Positions 9,355-19,628 of a stretch of 55,824 bases of DNA are shown piece by piece (position 1 is the stretch's first letter; each line of letters begins with the position of its first letter). The notes under the pieces were generated by a model. The model ran no database searches and was not told the origin of the DNA. It saw only the letters and a list, made by a program, of their open reading frames with translations. Where the stretch lies: the sequence record MT446402.1; one strand, given 5' to 3'. A program made the translations under genes and the position numbers. The DNA comes from Escherichia virus TH28.

Positions 9355-10083
9355 TTATTTCTCTACTTGATAAGTTATGCGTTCAATCCAATTGAACACT
9401 TTGAATACGGAATCGTCCACCTTACCATCAATTAGATGTTCATCCACTGTTACGCGGGTAGGTGTATTTGGGAGGTTGATGTATCTGCGAGAATCGCCCG
9501 TGAAATCAAAACCATCACGATGCAAACGCACAATGATGACGAAATCATAAGCAGACTCAACGGCAACGACTTCATCACCAAAACCGCCATCGGGATAAAT
9601 GACATTAATAACGCCACCCATACGCCCCGTGAGTTCTTCAACACGAGCAGCTTCAACCTTACCGAAGTAGTCTTGTCCGTAGCGAGGTTTATAGATGTCT
9701 TCACTAGCGTGAATAAGAGCTTGACGAGGTGTTCTGCCACCAAGACCTGCAAGGGAGATAGAGTCTTTGAGGTCACGGTCCGAAGCATAGTGGATAAACT
9801 TGTCCACATCGACTTGAAAGTGTTTGGCAGTATGCTCATACAGTGCATCCTTAAACTGGTGTTTAGTGAATCGGCGCTTACCGAGAAAGTATGATTCCTC
9901 GGCAGCAACTATCTTGTTGGCAATTGTGTCTTTACCACAGCCAGGTGGGCCATTAAGAATGACAGCTAAACGCTTAATCAAAACTTTCCTCGCTCTTGTC
10001 TGTGCGAAGGCGAACCAAAGAAGGGAAGCGGAATTTACCAGCTTCTGTCTTCTCACGATATCGAACTTGCATAATCGAACCAA
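9355..10083 (-). CDS. deoxynucleoside monophosphate kinase (T4 gp1-like P-loop kinase); start probably internal
   Basis: P-loop GPPGCGKDT; overall resemblance to T4 dNMP kinase by recollection; 5' end overlaps ligase ORF. Confidence 0.55.
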   Translation of the reverse strand: MVRLCKFDIVRRQKLVNSASLLWFAFAQTRARKVLIKRLAVILNGPPGCGKDTIANKIVAAEESYFLGKRRFTKHQFKDALYEHTAKHFQVDVDKFIHYASDRDLKDSISLAGLGGRTPRQALIHASEDIYKPRYGQDYFGKVEAARVEELTGRMGGVINVIYPDGGFGDEVVAVESAYDFVIIVRLHRDGFDFTGDSRRYINLPNTPTRVTVDEHLIDGKVDDSVFKVFNWIERITYQVEK

Positions 10084-10729
10084 CTAGCTCGTTACGATGT
10101 TCCCACAACCACTTACGGATTGCGGTGTTTGATTCTGGAATACCGTGGTCTGCCAGACAATCTTTCACCATTGAGCCAGCACTGCCGTAGTTAGAAGAGA
10201 TAGAGCCACACATACCTTTGAGAGCACCAGTACCTTCTTTCATACCAGTAATCTTCACATCGGCGTATTTGTATGGTACAATCTTCCACCACTTACCTTT
10301 TGCATCTCGGACGATAATACCCTCATGACCAAGCGCCAGATATTTATCCATCAATGCCTTAAGGTTTTCATTGCTTGGGTCCTTGCACCAGCCGATGTAC
10401 AGGCGTGGGTCAACAGCACCATCACTCAACTCATACACGTTTTCTTGAGTTAGTGCGACCGTAGGCGGGTCAATACGACCGAGGATGCTAGAAGTCTCAT
10501 TCCAACTATTACGGAATATCTCAGCATCTCTGAACTCCAGGTGCGATAAATGAGGTAAGGGTTTGGAATTACGACTCCAGACACCACCTGCTTTATTACG
10601 GATAGCTCGAATTCCGTCAATCTTGATGAAGAGTTCGCAGCGTCCTTTGATTTGGCAGTCTGGGTCTTCCCAATCATGAGCATGGGCCTTCGTATATTTT
10701 GTACCATCATCGAGAAGCTTAATAGTCAT
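9974..10729 (-). CDS. ATP-dependent DNA ligase
   Basis: Adenylation motif I KIDGIR near N-terminus; 251 aa. Confidence 0.65.
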   Translation of the reverse strand: MTIKLLDDGTKYTKAHAHDWEDPDCQIKGRCELFIKIDGIRAIRNKAGGVWSRNSKPLPHLSHLEFRDAEIFRNSWNETSSILGRIDPPTVALTQENVYELSDGAVDPRLYIGWCKDPSNENLKALMDKYLALGHEGIIVRDAKGKWWKIVPYKYADVKITGMKEGTGALKGMCGSISSNYGSAGSMVKDCLADHGIPESNTAIRKWLWEHRNELVGSIMQVRYREKTEAGKFRFPSLVRLRTDKSEESFD

Positions 10730-11243
10730 TAAGATTCAGTCTCAAGTATTCTCGGACAGCATTCTTACGTCCGATTTTGGTTTTAGGGATTGGGTCAATC
10801 TTGGCGAGTTTGCACTTAGCAATTTGCTCGTCATCTTTCAATTTGGCGAATGCAATACACTTCTTCTCTATGACTGCATCTCTACGAGATACCCCATATC
10901 GTTCCATGTATGTTATGATGCCATGACAATCATGACACAACAGTTCCAAATCTTCCGGCTGAACCAATAGAAGGTTGTCCACAAAACGGTGAAGGTCTTC
11001 CAGCTTAAGGAGTCCTCCAACCTGTTTCTTGTGGTTCACTTCAATCTCTTTCAACTTATACAGTTTCTTACAGTGATAGCACTGAATGTGGAATATTGGT
11101 TTGTTGGATGTACCAACTTTCAACGCCACACGTCGAGCCTGGATAAGAGATAGCTTGCTTGGATGTTTAGACCAAACACTGCGAATAGCAGACTGGAGCC
11201 AAGAAACAAACTTGGCTTCCGTACCGCAATAACCGTAAGCCAT
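10719..11243 (-). CDS. HNH endonuclease
   Basis: Cys/His clusters CYHC ... NH ... CHDCHG typical of HNH nucleases. Confidence 0.6.
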   Translation of the reverse strand: MAYGYCGTEAKFVSWLQSAIRSVWSKHPSKLSLIQARRVALKVGTSNKPIFHIQCYHCKKLYKLKEIEVNHKKQVGGLLKLEDLHRFVDNLLLVQPEDLELLCHDCHGIITYMERYGVSRRDAVIEKKCIAFAKLKDDEQIAKCKLAKIDPIPKTKIGRKNAVREYLRLNLNDY

Positions 11244-11254
11244 TTCAACTCCAA

Positions 11255-12316
11255 TTATTTCTGGAGATACTCTGCATGAGGGATTATACGGTTCTCTTTA
11301 AGATGGAATCGGTCGATGACACCTTTATAGTGCCACAAGCGAACGAGGTTTCCATCATCAATTTGGTGATGCATGTACACGAGTCGGCCAACTTTGAGAA
11401 GTTCTTCTTCCCAACCGTCTCCGAATCGCATGATAAATGCACCAATAACTTTCTTCAAACCTTCTGCATAAGAAGTGGTCTTATCCAAAAGTTCGAAAGA
11501 TTCGACAGCACCGACACCGCTTCGACGGAAGTATGTTTCTCCAGCCTTGGCACCAGTCTTGTAAATCTTCTCTTCCAGAACACCACAACCCATAACGTTA
11601 TCCGTTGAGTCGCCGATAAGAAGTTGATGCAAGAAGAATTTAGGGCCACAGCCTTTGACTTCTTTCTTCTTAGATTTACCGTTGTCTTTGATAATTAATT
11701 TGAGTTCACCATAATCCTTCGGGATTACAATCTTCTCACCAATGTTCTGAGATTCACGTTCCCATTGGTAGTGCTTGATTACTGGACCAGTGTCGCCGAA
11801 TTGTCCGATTTGGCGCAAGTCTTTGTCAAGCGACGCAATCCAAACTTCATCATATGTGCACGGACCAATACGCGTGAGGCTCTTAATCTCATTACGTTTA
11901 CCCATTGTTGCTTCGTATTCATGACGGGCGAATACAGCCAGAAGGTCATCTGCTTCCAGACCCTTCATCCACATTCCGTTCCATGCAACCATGAGATGTG
12001 CTTTCGCATTCTTAAGGTTTTCTGGACGCCATACGCCATCACGGTTGCCCTTATAATCAGGAGCAAATTCGTTGCGCATGGTTTTGGATGGTGAAATGAA
12101 AGTAATTACTTCTGTAGCACCAGCACGTTTGGCGAGGAATTCCATTTTAGAATCCATCGACATTTGAATCTTAGCAAAGTTAATATCTTCGGGGTCTTTG
12201 CCGTGCTCTTCAGCAGCACAGTGGCTGAATGCAACCATGTCGCCGTCTACCAGCAACAATACTCGTTTCTTACTCACTTTGGTAAGCTCCAAACTAAAGG
12301 CTCCCGAAGGAGCCAA
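11255..12316 (-). CDS. 5'-3' exonuclease / flap endonuclease (T7 gene 6-like)
   Basis: LLLVDGDMVAF and GDSTDN motifs of the FEN/5' nuclease family. Confidence 0.75.
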   Translation of the reverse strand: MAPSGAFSLELTKVSKKRVLLLVDGDMVAFSHCAAEEHGKDPEDINFAKIQMSMDSKMEFLAKRAGATEVITFISPSKTMRNEFAPDYKGNRDGVWRPENLKNAKAHLMVAWNGMWMKGLEADDLLAVFARHEYEATMGKRNEIKSLTRIGPCTYDEVWIASLDKDLRQIGQFGDTGPVIKHYQWERESQNIGEKIVIPKDYGELKLIIKDNGKSKKKEVKGCGPKFFLHQLLIGDSTDNVMGCGVLEEKIYKTGAKAGETYFRRSGVGAVESFELLDKTTSYAEGLKKVIGAFIMRFGDGWEEELLKVGRLVYMHHQIDDGNLVRLWHYKGVIDRFHLKENRIIPHAEYLQK

Positions 12317-12322
12317 TTATAA

Positions 12323-13222
12323 TCAGAACGGCATACCATTGCCGCCAGCAGCACCACCTTCCGCTTCACGCTGTGCTTTTGCAGCAGCTTGAGCTTCCAG
12401 TTCGGCTTTCATTGCTGCATCAACTTCTTCATCAGAAGCCTGATTCGGAACAGAATCATCAGCAGGTTTACCGCCCAGCAGAGCAGACAGTTTGGTTTTG
12501 TAGAAGTCAACACCAGCAGTGATGCGGTTCTTGATTGCGTAAGGAGAATCACCACCAGGCAGCTTGTTGAACACTTCTAAGTCTGGCTCAGACATGTCGA
12601 AGAATACAGTCGGGTTAACCAGAGCTTTGGCTTCTTTCTTCTCTTTGGACTTCATTGGGGAGAAGGTAGCAACCTTGTTCGCGACCTGACCAGCGTTCTT
12701 GCCAGACTGTTTGGTGTATTGAACAATGCCAACAACCAGAGGTTCGCCCAGCCAATCTGGCAGGTTCTTAGCAGGGTGGCCCTGAATACTTTGTTCCAGA
12801 TTCTGTTTAACTTCCAGAGCATCAATCGCTTTAGCGAATTTGTAGATGTGGGAGTTGTCACCCATGAAGCCATCAGCGTTGTAGGTAAACTCAAAGTCAA
12901 ACCAACGCGGCTTGTCTTCAAGATTCTTCGCCATCATTACGCCGTCATCTTCGTCCGGGTCTTGGACCATGACCATAGCACCATTGCCATCAACTTCTTT
13001 CATGTACTCGTCGAGTAGTTCGAAAGTAACCAGAAGTTTCAGGGATGGGTTTGGATATTTAGCAGAGCCTGGCTGTAAGCCCAGGTCGATAATACGGCAG
13101 ACACGAGCAGGATAACCACCCGCTTCCAGTAATGGTGCAGCAGAAGGAGTCTTGTTCGAGGCCAGGGTAGGAGCAGCAAATGCCATTTTGAGTACCTTAA
13201 ATTTCAATAATGTGAGAGTCAA
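12323..13222 (-). CDS. hypothetical protein, possible ssDNA-binding protein
   Basis: 299 aa with acidic C-terminal region ending in Phe (GMPF), as in T7 gp2.5-type SSBs; position in replication block. Confidence 0.3.
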   Translation of the reverse strand: MTLTLLKFKVLKMAFAAPTLASNKTPSAAPLLEAGGYPARVCRIIDLGLQPGSAKYPNPSLKLLVTFELLDEYMKEVDGNGAMVMVQDPDEDDGVMMAKNLEDKPRWFDFEFTYNADGFMGDNSHIYKFAKAIDALEVKQNLEQSIQGHPAKNLPDWLGEPLVVGIVQYTKQSGKNAGQVANKVATFSPMKSKEKKEAKALVNPTVFFDMSEPDLEVFNKLPGGDSPYAIKNRITAGVDFYKTKLSALLGGKPADDSVPNQASDEEVDAAMKAELEAQAAAKAQREAEGGAAGGNGMPF

Positions 13223-13442
13223 TGTCCAGGTCGGACAGGATAGATTGTGTTACTGCGAAATCTTCCGATTCCTTTAATGCTTTCAGGGCACTTTCGTAGG
13301 TGATATCGCCCTGATAATCACTTCCAAATAATGCCGAGGCGTGCATCTCAATTGCAGACACCGCCAGTTGTGTGGACGGAATATCTCCAGCCGCTTGATG
13401 GAGTTCCATCTGTTGTTTGTCGTACAAGGCTAAAACACGCAT
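13197..13442 (-). CDS. hypothetical protein
   Basis: 81-aa ORF between DNA polymerase and 12323..13222. Confidence 0.35.
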   Translation of the reverse strand: MRVLALYDKQQMELHQAAGDIPSTQLAVSAIEMHASALFGSDYQGDITYESALKALKESEDFAVTQSILSDLDIDSHIIEI

Positions 13443-15376
13443 TAGTGAATCTCCGCGTAGTTATCACCGAACTGCACATCACATGCACAATCACGGTTAA
13501 GTTTAAGTTCTTTGTTGGTACGTTCCATTGCCTCATTAAGCAAGTCCGTCCACAAATCACGGAAACCTTTCTTAACTTGGAGAATCAATTCATCGTGGAA
13601 TTGTCCAGACAGAAGCGGGTCACAGCCCCAACGTTCGTTACAAATTGCAATAATGTTGTTACACCAAATGTCAAACACATATGCACCAGTGCCCTGACAC
13701 AATGTTGAGAAGCGGTCTTTCTCTGTACGCAGCGAATACCAGAATTTGTTTACCGGATTCTGTTGCCACATTTGACCATCAACTGTGATGACTTTAGTGT
13801 TAGCAGCAATCTCTTTGATTGACCAGTTCAAGTCCCAATATGCTTTATGCAGACGTGCAGCCGTTGATTGGTCACAGTCAGCAGAACGGGCAACAGTTGG
13901 AATACCAGCACCATACTGACAAGCATAGTTAGTGGTCTTAAACATTGGACGTTGCTTACATTTCTGTATGCCATCCTTGTGGTCTTGAGATTCTTTCTCA
14001 GTGATGAATCCACCGATTACGCCAATTGCAAGGTGAGCATCGTAGTCCGGTGCCAACTGCTTCTTAACATATTCAGGGTCGTACATCCATTGGAAGTGGT
14101 GCTTACAGCGGTCTTCCAGTGAACACAAGTCAGAGCCTAACTGTTCGTAATCTTCACGCCACGCTTCCAACATTGAACGCAGTTCTTCACCGCCAAATAC
14201 ACGAATAGAAGGGAGGTTAACAAGTTCGCGATGTTTAAGGCGTAAAGTATTGGTAAGGCCACCACATCGCGCAGTAAGGAACCCATCGGAATCGACGTCA
14301 CGAAGGAAGCCATTAACAACAGACAGACGGTGTTTATACACGCCCATCCCAATAAGATGTTGAATACCAGAGTCGGGGTTTCTTTCTGCCAGCTTATGCA
14401 AGCTCGGACAAATTTCGGGATTGCCATCTTCATCCTTGACCGTGATTTGAGGAATCTGGCGAGTCTCGCCTGTCTCTTTGTTACGGTCAAACTTAAATGT
14501 TTCTGGAACCCAGCCAAGGCTGAATAACCAATCTTTGATTTGTACGTGAGAACCAGCGTTAGGTTCTTTGTAACCCTTGAGCACCTTAATGTGCAAGTCT
14601 GGGTCTTTCCAGTCCAAACCGTTTGCATCACAGACGGCTTTCCACTTCATACCAGTTGAGGACAATTGTCCATTCATCTTATGGCATTTGGCAGGACGCG
14701 ACTTTATGACATATTCGGGAACACGAGGCATTGATGCTTCCAACGCATCCGTCTTCTCTTTAATCATTGGTTCAAGTTTGGCCTTAAATGCCAATGCTTT
14801 CTCAATGTTCAGCTTCCAGCGAGTGCGTTGTTGAATAACTTGTTGACGCGCTTTGGTCATAAGGTATTCAATAAAACGCTTAACTTCGCCAGGAGTTTTA
14901 TAAATCTTGAGGAGTTGAATATATTGCTGTTCCCACAGCTTTAGCTGAATCTTACAGTCTTCCATCACACGATGGTTATATTCTTCCTGAGTTTGATTTT
15001 CCCAATCATCAATGACTGGTTTCGGCACACCAAACTCTTCTCCATAACCTTCTAAGCCGTGCTTAACACGACGAGGTTGCAGATACCAACTGATAAACAA
15101 AGTATCAATTAGTGTACATTTTGAAACGTCGTAACCCAAGAACTTTAATGCTTCAAAGTCAAAGGTTGCGCCATTGTGCATAATTAATGTTGGACCTGAG
15201 TCCAGGAATGTTTGAATGGATTTACGGTCGGTCCACTCTGTTACAACTTCTTCACGGGTTTGAACATCAATGTGTCCAATGTTGTGAAGACGTGGGGCAG
15301 CTTGTTTCCTCATCTGCTCCAACAGTCCAGTTGTTTCAATGTCACTGGCATACATTCTTTCCCAAGGATACAACAC
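13442..15376 (-). CDS. DNA polymerase, family A, with 3'-5' exonuclease domain
   Basis: Exo I motif DIETTG at N-terminus; motif B R..K...NY..YG; motif C HDE. Confidence 0.85.
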   Translation of the reverse strand: MLYPWERMYASDIETTGLLEQMRKQAAPRLHNIGHIDVQTREEVVTEWTDRKSIQTFLDSGPTLIMHNGATFDFEALKFLGYDVSKCTLIDTLFISWYLQPRRVKHGLEGYGEEFGVPKPVIDDWENQTQEEYNHRVMEDCKIQLKLWEQQYIQLLKIYKTPGEVKRFIEYLMTKARQQVIQQRTRWKLNIEKALAFKAKLEPMIKEKTDALEASMPRVPEYVIKSRPAKCHKMNGQLSSTGMKWKAVCDANGLDWKDPDLHIKVLKGYKEPNAGSHVQIKDWLFSLGWVPETFKFDRNKETGETRQIPQITVKDEDGNPEICPSLHKLAERNPDSGIQHLIGMGVYKHRLSVVNGFLRDVDSDGFLTARCGGLTNTLRLKHRELVNLPSIRVFGGEELRSMLEAWREDYEQLGSDLCSLEDRCKHHFQWMYDPEYVKKQLAPDYDAHLAIGVIGGFITEKESQDHKDGIQKCKQRPMFKTTNYACQYGAGIPTVARSADCDQSTAARLHKAYWDLNWSIKEIAANTKVITVDGQMWQQNPVNKFWYSLRTEKDRFSTLCQGTGAYVFDIWCNNIIAICNERWGCDPLLSGQFHDELILQVKKGFRDLWTDLLNEAMERTNKELKLNRDCACDVQFGDNYAEIH

Positions 15377-15442
15377 AGTATGGCTCCAATGGATTTGGTG
15401 AGGTCTACGCTGGTGGGCGAACCATGCAGCGTAGAAGCTCTG

Positions 15443-17206
15443 TTATTGATGTGGACCGTTCTTCTTAGTAAGTTGAACAATCTCTTTGGTTTCGAACAAG
15501 GAGTCGTCCCAAGAACGTTGAATGATTCGACCAGAGTCTGAGTCATAGTACGTCTTGAAGCCTTCTGTCTTACCACTCTTACGAGCTTTGATAGAACGAA
15601 TGATTGAGCAGTTCGGGTCTACTGCCTGGCTATTACGCTCAAAGCCAAACATGCCATGAGAATATTTAGCAGCAGCACGAGAGCCAGTAAAGTCTGACTT
15701 CTTGATTCGTCCACCATCTTCATGAGGTCGTTGACCTTTTGCCACAGGGTTAAGGTGCGACAAGATATTGACGTGGAACTGGTATTGGTCTGCCAGCTTA
15801 GTAATGTCTGCATACAGCTTGCCTAAGAAGTCGTTCTTCTCTGAGGCAGAAATCCCTTCCGATAAGTAGGTTAAGTTATCAAGAACAAACATATCAATGT
15901 CTGGACCAATCTGACGAAGAATCGTCTTTAACCCATCCCAAGTTTCATAAGGGTCTTCTCCAGCTTGCTTGCGGTCCCAAATCTCCATGTTACGAAGCAT
16001 CTTCGCAGCAGTTTGACGGAACTTCGCTTCATCGTATCGAGGGTCTTCACGAGTAAACGCAGGTTCCCAATACGGCAAGTTGTCATTGAGGCCAGCCATA
16101 CGGCGTAATGTTTCCGCAGGAGTTTCCTCCATGTATGCAGTAAACACTCCCCAATCATGCTGAATAATGTTGTGATGCACAATCTGTCGAGATAGTGTAG
16201 TTTTACCACCACCTTCCGCACCACCGATTGAGATAACTTCGGCACGACGTTGACCAAACATTAAGTCAGTCAGCTTAGGCCAAGGATAGTCCACACCCTG
16301 TTCAACTTCGTCATCAAGTTCTTCCATAAGAAGTTCTTTATTGACAAGAGCTGTAGGCAGAGGACGAGCAGCACGGAATACAACAGCAGATTGAGTAGCT
16401 TTCAATAAGCCACGTTTCAAACAGTCGTTGGCATCATTGGCAGGAAGTGTGGCAATCATTGCACCAGGCAACAAACGACATGCTTCCTTTGCAGCTTTAC
16501 GCCCAGGTTCATCATCATCAAATACGATAACAACCTGTTCCCAACGTTGCTTGATTTCTTCTGCAACTGGTGACAAACATTTGTGTACGGAATCGCTTCC
16601 ATCACTCAAACTAATTACAGCAAAATCCAAATCTTCATATGCACCACCACGGTTCATAGTTTTGAGGATTTGACGCAATGCGATACAGTCTTCTTCACCT
16701 TCTGTGATGAACAGTGTCTTACCGCCAATAGCTTTTGCAGCCATCCAGTTGTATGGGTCGTTGCCTTGAGTATCGCCAACAGACCACATAACTTTCTTGT
16801 TCAGAAGTTTAATCTTCCAGCGAACAAGTTTGCCATTCTTGGTATATCCATGCGCCAAAGCATTTGGAGTCTTACCATCAAACTCTGAATAGAGTAGGCG
16901 AACACCAGCAGCTTTCCAGAACTCCGGTTCAATACTGCGATGGTCTAAATCAAATGGAGGGCACGAGGTTACTTCGTCAATTTCTTCCTGAATTTCTTCT
17001 GGAGTCTTGACTTTAATTTCCGGAATATTCTCCGGATTATTGCCATACGGATTCGGAACAAGAACGCCACATGCAAAGCAGTAACCAGAGAAGTTCTTAT
17101 TACCAGCTTCATCGACATTCAACCAAACCTGTAAAGACTTGCCAGATGTGGATTTACAGTCTGGTACATCGTGCTTAATCTTGGCAACACATTGCTTGAC
17201 GTTCAT
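15443..17206 (-). CDS. primase-helicase (T7 gp4-like)
   Basis: N-terminal Cys zinc-finger region, central TOPRIM-like region, Walker A GGAEGGGKTT. Confidence 0.85.
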   Translation of the reverse strand: MNVKQCVAKIKHDVPDCKSTSGKSLQVWLNVDEAGNKNFSGYCFACGVLVPNPYGNNPENIPEIKVKTPEEIQEEIDEVTSCPPFDLDHRSIEPEFWKAAGVRLLYSEFDGKTPNALAHGYTKNGKLVRWKIKLLNKKVMWSVGDTQGNDPYNWMAAKAIGGKTLFITEGEEDCIALRQILKTMNRGGAYEDLDFAVISLSDGSDSVHKCLSPVAEEIKQRWEQVVIVFDDDEPGRKAAKEACRLLPGAMIATLPANDANDCLKRGLLKATQSAVVFRAARPLPTALVNKELLMEELDDEVEQGVDYPWPKLTDLMFGQRRAEVISIGGAEGGGKTTLSRQIVHHNIIQHDWGVFTAYMEETPAETLRRMAGLNDNLPYWEPAFTREDPRYDEAKFRQTAAKMLRNMEIWDRKQAGEDPYETWDGLKTILRQIGPDIDMFVLDNLTYLSEGISASEKNDFLGKLYADITKLADQYQFHVNILSHLNPVAKGQRPHEDGGRIKKSDFTGSRAAAKYSHGMFGFERNSQAVDPNCSIIRSIKARKSGKTEGFKTYYDSDSGRIIQRSWDDSLFETKEIVQLTKKNGPHQ

Positions 17207-17211
17207 TTATA

Positions 17212-17862
17212 TTATTCCTGATTGGTCAAAGCCTTCCAGCAAACCGGAAATAGTTCTGACATAATTTTATTCACTTCTTCCGCAAACAAGCGAACTTCAT
17301 ATTGCGCATGTTCGGAGGAACGCTGATTGTACATGGATGCCCAGCCATAAAGAGAGCCAGTCCAAACCCATTCAGTCATCATGGATTGCGGCAACACCAT
17401 GCGAGCTTGCTCTGGAGCAATCCCCAAACCAATTAACATTTCATATTCTACGATGCAAGCCATGTTATGGCTTTCCATACGATATTTAATGTCATCAGCA
17501 AAATCTTGTGGCAATGGTTGTGCAGATTGAGTCATCAACTTTTCAGGACGACCAAACACAGTATCTGGAATGAAGAATTCGATTTCGATTGCTTCACCAT
17601 CTTTGTAGCGACGGCTTACTTCATTCCAACTAAAGCCAGTTTGGTGTTTGCCAAGCTGACGTGCAATGAAGATTGGAGCTTTGCAACGAAGAGTTACCTG
17701 TGCATGACGGAACGGCGTAATGTGTTTATGCTTTGCAAGAAACTCAATCAGCTTCTCGTCACGTAAAGATATTTCATGCGACTCTGCACCATAAGAAACT
17801 CGTGCAGCATTAACAGTTGTAAGGTCGCTGCCCATGTGGTCAACGAGTGTTGCAGTAATCAT
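17212..17862 (-). CDS. thyX: ThyX-like flavin-dependent thymidylate synthase homologue with atypical motif
   Basis: Overall resemblance to ThyX as I recall it (VNAARVSYG, KAPIFIARQ, SEHAQYE) but KHQ where the RHR signature is expected. Confidence 0.7.
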   Translation of the reverse strand: MITATLVDHMGSDLTTVNAARVSYGAESHEISLRDEKLIEFLAKHKHITPFRHAQVTLRCKAPIFIARQLGKHQTGFSWNEVSRRYKDGEAIEIEFFIPDTVFGRPEKLMTQSAQPLPQDFADDIKYRMESHNMACIVEYEMLIGLGIAPEQARMVLPQSMMTEWVWTGSLYGWASMYNQRSSEHAQYEVRLFAEEVNKIMSELFPVCWKALTNQE

Positions 17863-17918
17863 TTGCTCTCCGGTTCATATGGTGGGAGATTAATTAGCTC
17901 CGCACCATGATAATGGTA

Positions 17919-18149
17919 TTATTTCAATGACGCCTGAATTTCTTTTAGCGACGCATTTAGTACAGAACGCTTTTCGTATTCGCGTTGATTGTACGTGTTT
18001 GTCAGTGCTTCCGCAGCTCCTATCGACAGAATTGCAAAACCACCAAAGGCATTGCGAACTTCTTCAATATCCATATGCAGGACTTCACTTGTAATTTGGC
18101 TGGCTATTACAGCCTTGTAAATCTCTTCGGCAATTTCAGCAGTTTTCAT
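17919..18149 (-). CDS. hypothetical protein
   Basis: 76-aa ORF on coding strand. Confidence 0.4.
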   Translation of the reverse strand: MKTAEIAEEIYKAVIASQITSEVLHMDIEEVRNAFGGFAILSIGAAEALTNTYNQREYEKRSVLNASLKEIQASLK

Positions 18150-18998
18150 GTTTCTCTCCAGTTAAATTTAAGTAAGTGTCCTGACGTGGACTATTACGAA
18201 CATTACAATACATTGGCTTAAATGGTGTTTCCACTGCGGCCAAGACACTTATTAAATTTGATTCGAACCGCCCAAGTGAATCAGCCTTGTTTATGGGGAC
18301 CATCGGGGAAAAGTATAAACCCGCTTAATGCTCGCATCATGTTTGAACATTAAGAACCCTGACTTGCATATTTCATGTGAATAGGGGCATAGTCTATGTT
18401 TAATAGCTAACACCGGACAAGGAGGATTCCAGCTTAGAGCCTGAACTCAGTTCCCGACACATCACAATCAGCGCAACTAAGCCGTATCGCTACGGTATGC
18501 CAGACGCTAACTTGAGCCTTTTTGGACAGAGGCATAACTGTTTGGAAAGTGGTGGATTCGGTGAACTCCGCGTTCACAATTACACAGTCGGACTCGGATG
18601 CTTCATCCCTATCCCATCGTGCAGGTTTCATTAACTCTACGAATCCATTGAATTCGGTGACCAGTACGTTGGTCAGACGCTGTGGCCTTTACGCGGCCAA
18701 CGTGCCATTAATGCTGGCAAGACAGAGCTAACGTTCTCAAGCACTTTTGTCTAGGTCTGTTCCCGGCCACTGTTCTAGGAAGTGACTACCTGAATTTCAC
18801 GCATTCAATACGGGGCTTCCGTCCTCGGAGGCAGCAATTTCAATTGTTATGCCCAGAGCAATTGCAGGAATTACACCTACCATGCTACAAGTAGCTAGAG
18901 TCTCGTTATTTAAAGTCACGCACTCCCTCGACTATATTATACGTGTATTTAAAGTCCCGTACCGGACTGCCAAATGAAATGCGATGGCGAGCATTTGT

Positions 18999-19211
18999 TC
19001 ACTCACTGTCGGGTAAGTTAGAACACTTTTGTGCCCACGTCTCATTGTGGACTAAAATCTGTGTTTTGGTTTCGCGTGACAAAACTTTCACTTCTGCAAC
19101 ATCCAAATAGATTGGTTGTGCAATCAAGCAATAATCACTTACGAACCCACTTTGAGAGCAACTCACTATCGACATTGCTATCAGAACTGCTAGACACTTC
19201 TTTCTGAACAT
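18999..19211 (-). CDS. o-spanin-like outer-membrane lipoprotein
   Basis: Internal start MFRKK, hydrophobic stretch, lipobox IVSC; out of frame and overlapping 19135..19371. Confidence 0.45.
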   Translation of the reverse strand: MFRKKCLAVLIAMSIVSCSQSGFVSDYCLIAQPIYLDVAEVKVLSRETKTQILVHNETWAQKCSNLPDSE

Positions 19212-19371
19212 GCGATTTAATCTCGATAGATTCCTTAATAGAATCGAATTGCTTCTCTTTGGCTTCCTGACGCTCCTCGGCTTTGCCTGAGCTTTTGCCT
19301 TTGAGGAACACTGCAATAATAATACCCAATGCAGTAAGGACGCCAAGAATAATTGACTTAAGCTGTTGCAT
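19135..19371 (-). CDS. i-spanin-like protein
   Basis: 78 aa with N-terminal transmembrane segment IILGVLTALGIIIAVF then charged region; overlaps lipoprotein ORF in another frame. Confidence 0.45.
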   Translation of the reverse strand: MQQLKSIILGVLTALGIIIAVFLKGKSSGKAEERQEAKEKQFDSIKESIEIKSHVQKEVSSSSDSNVDSELLSKWVRK

Positions 19372-19379
19372 GAATCACC

Positions 19380-19622
19380 TTAGATGGCGCACGCACCACT
19401 TGAACAGTCGTTATCACCAGCACCAGGAACGATTGCTTCTTCGTCCTGCTTCTTCTTGAGTTCTTCGATTGCTTCTTCGGCAGCACCGAAGTCTAGGTTA
19501 TCAAGTGCATCAAAATCCATGAGGACTCCAGTATTGCGGTTATTGGAATGATTGCCAATGTAAGAGTCGAACTTACATAACACCCCGTCGAGTGTCGTCT
19601 TCCCATTTAGACGAATTGGCAT
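19380..19622 (-). CDS. hypothetical acidic protein (internal start of ORF 19380..19658)
   Basis: Annotated ORF start would overlap the tRNA-like element; Met at 19622 avoids overlap. Confidence 0.35.
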   Translation of the reverse strand: MPIRLNGKTTLDGVLCKFDSYIGNHSNNRNTGVLMDFDALDNLDFGAAEEAIEELKKKQDEEAIVPGAGDNDCSSGACAI

Positions 19623-19628
19623 TAAGGG

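Noticed and set aside
8955-9395. 146-aa plus-strand ORF
   Set aside because: Antisense to the dUTPase locus; the dUTPase motifs on the minus strand explain the region.
18150-18990. Additional tRNA genes near GATTCGAACC at about 18251
   Set aside because: The T-loop-like word has no complementary T-stem or acceptor stem on either strand.
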